A DNA stretch of 61,404 bases. Source: an uncultured Bacteroidota bacterium (lineage in GTDB: Bacteria; Bacteroidota; Ignavibacteria; Kryptoniales; JAKASW01). A model generated the notes under the pieces. The model was given only the letters and a program-made list of their open reading frames with translations, made no database searches and had not been told where the DNA came from. This document shows positions 50,325-59,354 of the stretch, one piece after another. The stretch covers positions 1 through 61,404 of the forward strand of contig CAZRXH010000006.1 of assembly GCA_964603995.1 (NCBI GenBank). Reading direction: 5' to 3'. Position numbers and translations under genes: made by a program. Within the stretch, counting starts at the first letter, position 1. Each line of letters starts with the position of its first letter.

Positions 50325-52984
50325 ACATCGTTCACCAACTCATAGGTGCGCTAACCGCCCAATTGTTGACGGTTGCAGCACCTGCTCTCCTGGTCGCCGA
50401 CGACAGCAAAGTCTTGTCGCGTGTGGGGGCCGTCAGAGCTTACGAGGAGGTTAAGGTTGACGGAGTGTTTTCAGAGAAAGTCTGGCAGCGAACCGGCTTC
50501 GATTCATTTACGGAACGCGATCCCAATGAAGGGACGAAACCGAGCCAGCGAACCGAAGTATGGCTGGCTTACGACAGCAGGTCGCTCTATGTAGCAGCAA
50601 GGATGTTTGATAAATCTCCCGATTCGATCGTGGCACGGCTTGCGAGGAGGGACACGAAGATCTCCTCAGATTATTTCGTATTCTATGTAGACTCGTATCA
50701 TGACAGGAGATCTGGTTTCTATTTCTCCGTCAATGCCGCCGGTACCATCGGTGATGGAAGCCTCTACAATGATGATTGGAGCGACAACACATGGGATGGA
50801 GTCTGGGAGAGCAAAGCACAAATCGATTCGCTCGGCTGGACGGTCGAGATTAGAATCCCATTTTCGCAGCTCCGTTTCCAACGAGACAGTTCGTATGTCT
50901 GGGGGATAAATTTTGAACGATTTATCAGTCGAAGCAATGAGGACGACTACGTCGTCTATACTCCAAAAAACTCGAGCGGCTTCGTGTCGCGATTCGTCGA
51001 ACTCGAAGGGATTAGCGACTTGCAGGCAGACAGACCACTGGAACTGCTTCCGTATTTTACCACCAAGGCTGAGTACATGAAAGTAGATGCGGGAGACCCA
51101 TTCAACGATGGATCGAGATATACTCCAGGGATTGGAGGCGATTTCAAAATGGGTATTGGAAACAACCTGACACTCGACGGGACCGTAAATCCCGACTTCG
51201 GTCAGGTCGAGGTTGACCCGGCCGTGATGAATCTCAGCGACATTCAGACTTACTACAGTGAGAAGAGACCATTCTTCATCGAAGGGGCGGATATTTTCGG
51301 CAACTTCGGATTTGGGGGATCCAACAGCTTCTGGAATTTCAGCTTCGGCAACCCGGAGTTTTTCTACAGCCGGAGGATTGGCGGCCCGCCGCAGGGAAGC
51401 GTTCCCGATGCCGATTATGTCAACGTGCCAACTGGCAGCCGAATCATCGGCGCTGCAAAACTTACAGGGAGGATTGGAGACGGATGGACGATCGGCACCA
51501 TCCACGCAGTTACAGCCCGAGAGACGGCGAAAGTAGACACGGCCGGAACGATCTACGAGATCCCCGTTGAGCCATTGACTTACTACGGTGTGGCCCGAGT
51601 TCGCAAGGAAATCGGCGACGGTATGCAGGGCATCGGTCTGATTTCGACACTTTCAGAACGAAACTTCCGGAATGATATACTTCGTGACCAGCTCAATAGC
51701 AGTGAGTTTGTGCTTGGCGTCGACGGCTGGTCGTATCTTGATAACAGCAAGATGTGGGTAATCACAGGATGGTCGGGAATGAGTCAGGCACGCGGCAATC
51801 GAGACAGAATCATTTCTCTCCAGGAATCTGCCGCACATTACTTGCAGAGACCGGATGCGGGCTATGTCCACATTGATAGTTCAGCCGCTTCCCTGACCGG
51901 GTATGCAGGTCGTCTTTCTTTGAACAAGCAGAAGGGGAACGTTTATGTCAATGCGGCATTTGGGTTCATTGATCCGAAGTTCGATGTAAGCGATCTCGGT
52001 TTCATGTGGCGCGGCGATGTCATAAACGGGCACGCGGTGGTCGGTTACCTCTGGACCGAGCCGGGAAAATTTGCACGATCAGGACAGGTCTTTCTTGCGC
52101 TTTTCCGAAGTTATGACTTTGGCGGCGACGTGACGTGGACCGGGCTCTACACGCAGGGAGGCATCACCTTTCTGAACTATTATTCAGTCAACGCGTGGTT
52201 TGCCTACAATCCACAGAGCGTAAGTGATTATGCCACACGTGGCGGTCCAAAGATGCTCAACCTGCCCGGTTATGAAACTGATTTCCAGGTCAGTTCCGAT
52301 GACAGAAAAGAATGGGTGGCAAACGGGGAAGTTCATCACATGAATTACAGGAGTGGTGACCTTGATGTCACCTACTACGCAGGTATCCAATGGACCCCGA
52401 GACCGAACGTGACGTTCAGCCTGACGCCGTCTTACGAACAATCCAATTGGGACGCTCAGTGGGTGGGAGAATTTGACGATCCGCTGGCCACGGCCACTTT
52501 CGGGAAAAGATATGTCTTCGCGACGCTGAAGCAGAAAACGATTTCTGCGAACATAAGGCTCAATTGGGCGTTCACTCCCCAGTTGAGCCTGCAACTCTTC
52601 GCTCAGCCATTTGTCTCGGCAGGGAGTTACCACGGCTTCAAGGAACTCGCAAGACCCAAGTCCTACGATTTCGTTCGTTACGGAGAAGGGAATTCATCCA
52701 TAATCGAAGACGGTGGCACTTTCACTGTCAATCCGGATTTGAGCGGTTCGGCACAGCCGTTCACGTTTTCGAATCCAGATTTTAACTTCAAGTCATTGCG
52801 TGGTGATGTCATACTTCGATGGGAATATGTTCGGGGCTCGACATTGTACTTAGTCTGGACACAGGACAGGACGGACGACAGGTTCCCTGGCTTCATGCAG
52901 ATCAGTCGGGACTTCAGAAGTCTTGTCTCGACACCTCCGAGTAACATCTTCTTGATTAAGCTGACTTATTGGTTCAACGTTTGA
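50321..52984 (+). CDS. CBM9-like + DUF5916 outer-membrane protein
   Basis: VDGVFSE..W, WDGVWES, GWTVEIRIPFSQLRF, TVNPDFGQVE.D, EKRPFFIEG, C-terminal KLTYWF. Confidence 0.85.
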   Translation: MNIVHQLIGALTAQLLTVAAPALLVADDSKVLSRVGAVRAYEEVKVDGVFSEKVWQRTGFDSFTERDPNEGTKPSQRTEVWLAYDSRSLYVAARMFDKSPDSIVARLARRDTKISSDYFVFYVDSYHDRRSGFYFSVNAAGTIGDGSLYNDDWSDNTWDGVWESKAQIDSLGWTVEIRIPFSQLRFQRDSSYVWGINFERFISRSNEDDYVVYTPKNSSGFVSRFVELEGISDLQADRPLELLPYFTTKAEYMKVDAGDPFNDGSRYTPGIGGDFKMGIGNNLTLDGTVNPDFGQVEVDPAVMNLSDIQTYYSEKRPFFIEGADIFGNFGFGGSNSFWNFSFGNPEFFYSRRIGGPPQGSVPDADYVNVPTGSRIIGAAKLTGRIGDGWTIGTIHAVTARETAKVDTAGTIYEIPVEPLTYYGVARVRKEIGDGMQGIGLISTLSERNFRNDILRDQLNSSEFVLGVDGWSYLDNSKMWVITGWSGMSQARGNRDRIISLQESAAHYLQRPDAGYVHIDSSAASLTGYAGRLSLNKQKGNVYVNAAFGFIDPKFDVSDLGFMWRGDVINGHAVVGYLWTEPGKFARSGQVFLALFRSYDFGGDVTWTGLYTQGGITFLNYYSVNAWFAYNPQSVSDYATRGGPKMLNLPGYETDFQVSSDDRKEWVANGEVHHMNYRSGDLDVTYYAGIQWTPRPNVTFSLTPSYEQSNWDAQWVGEFDDPLATATFGKRYVFATLKQKTISANIRLNWAFTPQLSLQLFAQPFVSAGSYHGFKELARPKSYDFVRYGEGNSSIIEDGGTFTVNPDLSGSAQPFTFSNPDFNFKSLRGDVILRWEYVRGSTLYLVWTQDRTDDRFPGFMQISRDFRSLVSTPPSNIFLIKLTYWFNV

Positions 52985-53032
52985 GGAGATTAGAGTAGTC
53001 AATCCGGTTCCATTGTTTTCCGGATTTGGCTG

Positions 53033-53395
53033 TTGATCCGGCCGTCAGGTTGTTTTTTTGCCAGGCGGTCGGATAGATTTATTTCGAGGTTCCTGCGAGA
53101 TTTGTGGTTTGCGGATGACGGAAAGCCGTTTGCTCCAGGCGATGCGTATGCGCAGACGAGGAGATGCATTGAGCTGATCGAGGCGGCACTTAAGAGGCTC
53201 GGCGCTGATCTGACGGATGTTGTACGGACCAGGATGTTCGTCACCGATATTTCTCTTTGGGCGGAATACGGGAAGGCGCATCGTGAGTATTTTGAGAATA
53301 ACCCGCCAGCGACGAGTATGATAGAGGTGAAATCACTGATTGATCCTTCGATGATGATTGAAATAGAGGCTGATGCAATCCGCAATTTCGATTGA
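53033..53395 (+). pseudogene. RidA/YjgF-family protein with degraded or missing N-terminus
   Basis: Conserved from DDGKPFAPGDAYAQ onward (DVVRTRMFVTD, PATSMIEV..L, EIEA). Upstream codons lack the usual YSRAV/SGT segment and no clear RBS is seen. Confidence 0.6.
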
Positions 53396-53449
53396 AATTG
53401 CGCAATCTGGTCTTCGACCGCGAGCGTTCAACAACACTTCTTTTGACCT

Positions 53450-53478
53450 TTGATTTTGTGCTTCAGGAAAACTATATT
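53450..53478 (+). promoter_or_regulatory. Sigma70-type promoter for the tRNA-Gln/prs operon
   Basis: TTGATT-N17-TATATT. Confidence 0.6.
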
Positions 53479-53531
53479 TTATGCCGCTACGCTTGTCAAG
53501 TGGCGTGTGGCGGAATTTTTGGAAGTCCTAT

Positions 53532-53603
<72 letters not shown>

Positions 53604-53608
53604 CGTAG

Positions 53609-53872
53609 ATGAATTTCTTTGTGTATGTTCTGAGGAGTCTGACAAAGGAAAGGTATTATGTCGGGCAGACTGATGATCTTTCGGACAGACTCAGGAGACA
53701 TAACGGAGGAAGAGTTAAATCGACAAAGGCTTACAGGCCATGGTCGATAGCGTACTTTGAGAAATATGAGACACGAGCGGAAGCTGTGAGGCGAGAACGA
53801 GAGTTGAAGAACCTCAAGGGGACCGCTAAGTTTCTGAAGCTGATAGGCGTAGTCCCGACCTTGTCGGGATAA
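53609..53872 (+). CDS. Stand-alone GIY-YIG endonuclease (87 aa)
   Basis: FVYVL, YYVGQT, RLRRHN, EA..RE..LK; starts 5 nt after the tRNA and its stop lies inside the pseudo-tRNA. Confidence 0.92.
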   Translation: MNFFVYVLRSLTKERYYVGQTDDLSDRLRRHNGGRVKSTKAYRPWSIAYFEKYETRAEAVRRERELKNLKGTAKFLKLIGVVPTLSG

Positions 53873-53965
53873 GGCATCCCGGCTCAATTGTATTGAGTCG
53901 GGACACTCGTAGGTTCTCGCAAAGCGATCCCTTCGGGAGAATCCTGCCGCCCCAGCGTAGATGAA
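53846..53965 (+). pseudogene. Degenerate tRNA-Gln copy invaded by palindromes
   Basis: Retains GGCGTAG, TAAGGCA, CACTCGTAGGTTC and 27 nt identical to 53587-53613, in tRNA order, separated by hairpins. Confidence 0.9.
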
Positions 53966-54159
53966 CCACGTCACTGAACGTCGCAATGTATCAGCGCCGG
54001 GTACTCGTGATGAGAATCAGCCGGAGATAGTTGGTCTCGTGGCTGTAAGCTTTGACATATCGTGACAAATGCCTAACGGCAAGGTGTTCCTGAAGAGGGA
54101 CATCCGAGTCCGCCACCCGCGGAGGATCCTTGTTGAATGGCGAAGATCAAAAGTGAATA

Positions 54160-55092
54160 ATGGACGGCATAAAGATATTTTCAGGTAGAAGCAGTCTTGC
54201 CCTTGCGGAAAAGATTGCCCAGGAGATTGGCGAGCCTCTCGGCGAGAGGGAGATCGTTAATTTCAGTGACGGTGAAATCTGGGTGAAGTACTCCGACAAC
54301 ATCCGCGGTGCGGACGTGTTCATAATACAGAGCACGTGTCCACCCGCCGAGAACCTGATGGAACTTCTCATAATGATCGATGCCGCCAAACGCGCATCGG
54401 CATCACGGATCACTGCGGTTATCCCATACTTCGGCTATGCACGCCAGGACAGGAAAGATCAGCCCAGGGTTGCGATCTCTTCGAAGCTGGTTGCAGACCT
54501 GCTGACAAAGGCCGGTGCCGATCGCGTACTGACGATGGATCTGCACGCCGCTCAAATCCAGGGGTTCTTCGATATTCCCGTGGACCATTTGTATTCATCG
54601 GCCGTTTTTGTCAGGCGGATCAAAGAGCTGAAGATACCGAATCTGATTGTCGTGTCACCGGACGTTGGCGGCATCAAGTTCGCCAGGGCATATGCGACGC
54701 GTCTCGAAGCCGACCTTGTCCTGATTGACAAACGACGCCCGAAGGCGAACGTGGCTGAGGTCGTAAACATCATAGGTGATGTGAAAGGAAAGAACGTTCT
54801 GATCGTGGATGACCTTATCGACACTGCGGGAACTTTCGTTGCCGGAGTCAACGCGCTGAAGACTGCTGGTGTGAACGAGATCTACGGGGCTTGCACTCAT
54901 CCTATCTTCAGCGGGAATGCTTATGAAAGGATCGAGAGCAGCGCCTTGAAAAAATTGATAGTCAGCGATACTGTTCCGCTGAGGCGTAAGTCCGAAAAAA
55001 TCGAAGTTGAGTCGGTGGCGAGGCTGTTTGCTGAAGCAATACGGAGAACCTATCAGAACGAATCAATAAGTTCACTATTCGAAATTAAGTAA
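54160..55092 (+). CDS. prs: Ribose-phosphate pyrophosphokinase
   Basis: FSDGE, PYFGYARQDRK, DLHAAQIQGFF, VSPDVGG, VDDLIDTAGT. Confidence 0.97.
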   Translation: MDGIKIFSGRSSLALAEKIAQEIGEPLGEREIVNFSDGEIWVKYSDNIRGADVFIIQSTCPPAENLMELLIMIDAAKRASASRITAVIPYFGYARQDRKDQPRVAISSKLVADLLTKAGADRVLTMDLHAAQIQGFFDIPVDHLYSSAVFVRRIKELKIPNLIVVSPDVGGIKFARAYATRLEADLVLIDKRRPKANVAEVVNIIGDVKGKNVLIVDDLIDTAGTFVAGVNALKTAGVNEIYGACTHPIFSGNAYERIESSALKKLIVSDTVPLRRKSEKIEVESVARLFAEAIRRTYQNESISSLFEIK

Positions 55093-55101
55093 GAGGATAA
55101 A

Positions 55102-55779
55102 ATGGAAGACGTTGTCTTGAATGTTGAGAAAAGGACATTGGTGGGCAAGAAGGCAAAGAGACTATATGCAGAGAAGAAGATCCCGGGTGTGTTCTACATG
55201 GGCAATGAGAACGTTGCCCTTCAGGTCGAAGAGGCTCCTATCCGAACTCTCGTCGGCTCGCATACCACCCATGTCATAAAGGTGAAGTTCCAGGATGGCA
55301 CTGAACGTCGAGCGATCTTGAATGACGTCCAGTTCGATCCGGTCGTCGGAAACATACTGCACTTCGATTTACATGGCATTAGAGAGGGCGAGAAAATTAC
55401 CGTGGAAATTCCAGTTCGCCTTGTTGGATCCGCAAAGGGTGTTAAAGACGGAGGAATTCTTCAACATTCCATTCACAGGATCAGAATTCAATGTGAGCCT
55501 GACAGTGTTCCCGAACATGTGATGGTGGATGTTGCCGAGCTAGGCATAGCTGATTCAGTGCACGTGAAGGACCTCAAGATTGATGGAGTGAAGATACTAG
55601 ATAATCCCGAGTCGGCTATCGTGACCGTTGTGCCGCCGCCGACACTCAAGGAAGAGACTCCTGAAGCCGCCGCTCTTGCCGCAGCCGAGACTCCTGCAGA
55701 GCCTGAAGTTATCGGCAAGACAAAGAAGGCAGAGGAAGAGGCCGAGGGTGCTGAGACAGAGGAGAAAGGAAAGAAATAG
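55102..55779 (+). CDS. rplY: 50S ribosomal protein bL25/Ctc
   Basis: IPGVFY, DVQFDPV..ILHFD, GVKDGG, acidic tail; prs-rplY-pth synteny. Confidence 0.95.
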   Translation: MEDVVLNVEKRTLVGKKAKRLYAEKKIPGVFYMGNENVALQVEEAPIRTLVGSHTTHVIKVKFQDGTERRAILNDVQFDPVVGNILHFDLHGIREGEKITVEIPVRLVGSAKGVKDGGILQHSIHRIRIQCEPDSVPEHVMVDVAELGIADSVHVKDLKIDGVKILDNPESAIVTVVPPPTLKEETPEAAALAAAETPAEPEVIGKTKKAEEEAEGAETEEKGKK

Positions 55780-55827
55780 ACTGACTGATCTTCTGCGTGG
55801 CATGGCCTTTCTGAAGGGTTCCGTGGA

Positions 55828-56397
55828 TTGGGCAAAAAGATGATTGTCGGCCTGGGGAATGTCGGGCGCGAGTATGAAGCGACACGACACAACGTCGGCT
55901 TTATGGTTGTTGATCTCATCGCATCGAAAGCGAGAAAATCCTTCTCTGCCGGAAAAGGTGAATACTACCATTCCGAGATGCGGCATGCCGGTGAAGATAT
56001 CGTGCTTCTCAAGCCTACAACTTTCATGAACAACAGCGGAATCGCTGTGAAGGAAGCCGTAGAAAGATTCGGGGTCGAAATAGAAGATTTGCTGGTTGTC
56101 TGCGATGATTTCAATATACCGTTAGGCAAACTCCGGCTCCGCAAAGGCGGTAGCGACGGAGGGCATAACGGCGTTTATTCCATTATCTATCATCTGAATG
56201 ACGACCGCTTTCCCAGACTAAGGTGCGGTATCGGTACTGAAGAAGTCGTGCCCGGGAAAGATATGGCGGAGTATGTTCTTTCGAAATTCGATGCAGAAGA
56301 GAATCCTGAGGTTGAGGAGATGGTCAAGAGAGCCGCTGACGCGGCCTTCGTCTTTGTCAACTCGGGAATTCAGACTGCTATGAATAGATTCAACTAG
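55828..56397 (+). CDS. pth: Peptidyl-tRNA hydrolase
   Basis: IVGLGN, TRHNVGF, KPTTFMNNSG, GGHNG, AMNRFN. Confidence 0.96.
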   Translation: MGKKMIVGLGNVGREYEATRHNVGFMVVDLIASKARKSFSAGKGEYYHSEMRHAGEDIVLLKPTTFMNNSGIAVKEAVERFGVEIEDLLVVCDDFNIPLGKLRLRKGGSDGGHNGVYSIIYHLNDDRFPRLRCGIGTEEVVPGKDMAEYVLSKFDAEENPEVEEMVKRAADAAFVFVNSGIQTAMNRFN

Positions 56398-56440
56398 TTA
56401 AGAAACGCACCACGTCGAGAGATCGTCTGGTGCTTAAACT

Positions 56441-56533
56441 GCTGTCCATGAGCGTCTCTGGCGCCATCCCGGCATAAACAGAATCATGACGGGGCTTTCA
56501 CCGGCGGGCAGCCGAAATGACCAAAGGAGGTGA
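56441..56533 (+). promoter_or_regulatory. Candidate S6:S18-binding rpsF leader
   Basis: GCTGTCC...GGGCAGC stem, CCG trinucleotide, then AAAGGAGGTGA SD. Confidence 0.45.
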
Positions 56534-56539
56534 ATTAAA

Positions 56540-56986
56540 CTGAATATCGCTCAGCGAGAATATGAAACGACCTTCATTGTTAATTCCAACCTGGAAGACA
56601 GTCAGGTCGAGGCGGTTATCACTCGTTATCAGGAATTCGTTACGAAGAATGGCGGCCAAGTGACGACCGTTGACCGTTGGGGGAGAAGGCGCCTCGCGTA
56701 TACAATCAACAAGAAGAACGCCGGATTCTACGCGCAGGTGCTGCACAAATCCCCGACAGACATCGTCGCGAAACTCGAGCAGGCATTCAAGCTCGACGAG
56801 GATGTGATCCGTCACCTTACAGTTGTTGTTGACAAGAATATGCTGAAAGCCCGCGCAGGAGTGAAGAAGCGCCGACGTCAGCGCGCTCCCAAAGCTGAAC
56901 AGGCTGAATCGTCCAATCAGACGGATGAAACCCATCCATCAGGTGGGCGGAATTATGCTATGGCCGGGAAAGTTGATGAGATGTAA
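56540..56986 (+). CDS. rpsF: 30S ribosomal protein bS6, non-canonical CTG start
   Basis: REYETTFI...WGRRRLAYTINK..GFY; in-frame TGA at 56531 and no ATG/GTG/TTG before the conserved YE motif. Confidence 0.92.
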   Translation: MNIAQREYETTFIVNSNLEDSQVEAVITRYQEFVTKNGGQVTTVDRWGRRRLAYTINKKNAGFYAQVLHKSPTDIVAKLEQAFKLDEDVIRHLTVVVDKNMLKARAGVKKRRRQRAPKAEQAESSNQTDETHPSGGRNYAMAGKVDEM

Positions 56987-57022
56987 AGAACATAGTAAGG
57001 CTAAATCATTGATGGAGGACTT

Positions 57023-57505
57023 ATGGCTGACCTAAAGATGCCCGAGATGAACTGCGTCATGATTGCGGGCAACTTAACAAAGGACCCGATATTCCGGCAG
57101 ACGACGAACGGTACCCCCGTCGTCAACTTTACCGTCGCTTCGAACAGGAAATTCCGTGACAGCGCAAACCAGTGGCAGGAAGACGTTTGCTACGTCGGCA
57201 TTGTTGCATGGAACAAGCTGGCTGACAGCTGTCGCGACAGACTCAAGAAGGGGAGCGCAGTCCTTATTGACGGTGAGCTCCAGAGCCGAAATTGGAAAAC
57301 TGATGACGGTCACAACCGTTCGATTGTCGAGATCAAAGCGAGACGGATTCAGTTTCTCAACAAGCGCGGGCGTCTGGCGGATGTCGTTTCTGATCAGGTT
57401 ACGGAAGATGAACCATCAACTTTCACCGACGATTCGTTCGATCGTTTCCTCACGAACGAGGAATCTGAATTGCTCAAAAACAACGGTCACAAAAACAGCG
57501 AGTAA
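57023..57505 (+). CDS. ssb: Single-stranded DNA-binding protein
   Basis: [29 protein letters not shown]; rpsF-ssb-rpsR synteny. Confidence 0.93.
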   Translation: MADLKMPEMNCVMIAGNLTKDPIFRQTTNGTPVVNFTVASNRKFRDSANQWQEDVCYVGIVAWNKLADSCRDRLKKGSAVLIDGELQSRNWKTDDGHNRSIVEIKARRIQFLNKRGRLADVVSDQVTEDEPSTFTDDSFDRFLTNEESELLKNNGHKNSE

Positions 57506-57510
57506 ATGAA

Positions 57511-57747
57511 TTGTTGCCAGTAAAAGAAATAAAGAAGAGAAAAGTCTGCAGGTTTTGCGAGAGCGGCGATGTCTACATCGATTACAAGGATGACAAACGC
57601 CTCGTTAAATTTACCTCCGAGCAGGGGAAGATCATTCCCCGTCGGGTCACAGGAACCTGCGCGAAGCATCAGCGTCAGCTTGCGCTCGCGATAAAGCGCG
57701 CGCGTCACCTCGCGATGCTGCCGTTCGTATCGGACATAATAAGATAG
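57511..57747 (+). CDS. rpsR: 30S ribosomal protein bS18 (Zn-binding form)
   Basis: [32 protein letters not shown]. Confidence 0.97.
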   Translation: MLPVKEIKKRKVCRFCESGDVYIDYKDDKRLVKFTSEQGKIIPRRVTGTCAKHQRQLALAIKRARHLAMLPFVSDIIR

Positions 57748-57851
57748 AAGTCGGTAAGTAGTAGGAAGTAGACTGCCAGCGGCAAATCCGGGATTCAGCC
57801 GGTTTGTGCTGTTTACTTTTTACTAATTACTGCTTTGAACAAGGAGTTTAT

Positions 57852-58301
57852 ATGAAAGTAATACTGAGAAAAAACCACGAAGGCCTCGGCGAAATCGGTA
57901 AAGTCGTCGATGTTCGAGACGGTTACGCGCGGAACTTTCTTATCCCGCAGAAAGTGGCGTACCCTTATTCGCCGGGCTATATAAAGATGATAGAAAATGA
58001 AAAGAAGGCCTATCAGGCAAAGCTGAACCGCGAGATCCATGATGCGGAAACACTTGCACAGCGGCTCGGCGGTGTCGAGATTACGGTTGAGGTCCAGGCG
58101 GGCGAAGAGGATAAGCTCTTCGGTTCCGTGACTTCACAGATGATTGCCGACAAGCTGGCCGAGAAGGGATTCGAGGTAGACCGCCGACGCATCGAACTGG
58201 CTGAACCGATCAAGATGCTCGGCAGCTATAAGGTACCGGTGAAGCTTCATCAGCAGGTTTCCGCTGAGGTCAGCGTGCTGGTGGTAAAGCAGCCGGAGTG
58301 A
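57852..58301 (+). CDS. rplI: 50S ribosomal protein bL9
   Basis: MKVIL, VRDGYARNFLIP, KLFGSVT, PIK.LG; SD AAGGAG. Confidence 0.97.
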   Translation: MKVILRKNHEGLGEIGKVVDVRDGYARNFLIPQKVAYPYSPGYIKMIENEKKAYQAKLNREIHDAETLAQRLGGVEITVEVQAGEEDKLFGSVTSQMIADKLAEKGFEVDRRRIELAEPIKMLGSYKVPVKLHQQVSAEVSVLVVKQPE

Positions 58302-58600
58302 TCGGATTGAGCGGCGGGCGGTCCATCGCGACTTGCCCGCAGTCCAATCCCCCCGGGAGGGGTATTCCTGAGTCTGGTCGACGGATGTGAGCGCAGTATT
58401 CCTTGCTAGGGCACCTCGCTGGTTGAGGCTTCTCGTCCATCTTTCGGGAGAAGTTGCCCCGAAGGTATAGGACGGGGTGCCACACGGTGCGGAATTTTTC
58501 ATTGTAAGCGGAACCCTTCGGCACGCAATTTTCATCTCATTTGTGCCGCGTAACCTTGCTTAGACGGCGTTTCTGAGTTATTTTTTTTGAAGAGATAGCG

Positions 58601-59329
58601 GTGGAAAATGTTAGTATATTGACGGCATTCCTTTTCGGGATAATATCCTTTGTCTCGCCGTGTGTCCTGCCGATAGTACCGGGTTACCTTTCTTTCATAA
58701 GCGGCTACAGCTTCGACGAGCTGGTCAACAGTTCGCGAGCCGACCTCTTTAAGAGGGTCACGCTGAACTCCCTCCTGTTTATATTTGGTTTCTCCGTAAT
58801 ATTCGTCGCTATGGGTGCTTCGGCCACAGCAATCGGAAGATTCCTGGTCCAGGAACTGAATCTCCTTTCTAAGATCGCTGGCGTGATCATCATTGTCTTC
58901 GGACTTCACATGATCGGGGTCTTCAAGATCAAGTTTCTGAATTATGAGAAGAAGTTTCATGCAGACAAGAAGATCGGACCGCTGGGTTCGTTCGTGGCCG
59001 GCCTTGCCTTCGCATTCGGATGGACGCCTTGCATCGGGCCCGTGCTCGCGGCGATACTCACGATAGCGGCGCAGCAGGACACAATAGGAAAAGGCATAGT
59101 GCTTCTTTCAGTTTATTCGCTTGGGCTGGGCATACCGTTTCTCGTCACGAGCCTGAGCATAAACGCATTTCTCGCATTCTTCAGGAGGTTCAGCAAATAT
59201 ATTAAGTGGGTCGAGGTGGCAGGAGGAGTTCTGTTGATTGCTGTAGGGATACTGATTATGACGAACAATCTAACCGTGCTTTCAGGTTACTTTGCAAAGT
59301 GGTTCCCGTTCCTTAACCAACTGTCATGA
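58601..59329 (+). CDS. ccdA: CcdA/DsbD-beta transmembrane electron transporter
   Basis: SFVSPCVLP.VPGY, FGWTPCIGP, YSLGLGIPF. Confidence 0.92.
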   Translation: MENVSILTAFLFGIISFVSPCVLPIVPGYLSFISGYSFDELVNSSRADLFKRVTLNSLLFIFGFSVIFVAMGASATAIGRFLVQELNLLSKIAGVIIIVFGLHMIGVFKIKFLNYEKKFHADKKIGPLGSFVAGLAFAFGWTPCIGPVLAAILTIAAQQDTIGKGIVLLSVYSLGLGIPFLVTSLSINAFLAFFRRFSKYIKWVEVAGGVLLIAVGILIMTNNLTVLSGYFAKWFPFLNQLS

Positions 59330-59354
59330 AAGCAACAAAGCAGAGGAAACATGA

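Noticed and set aside
53846-53955. Functional second tRNA or intron-containing tRNA
   Set aside because: The anticodon arm is replaced, the T-loop is interrupted and the 5' acceptor strand is incomplete.
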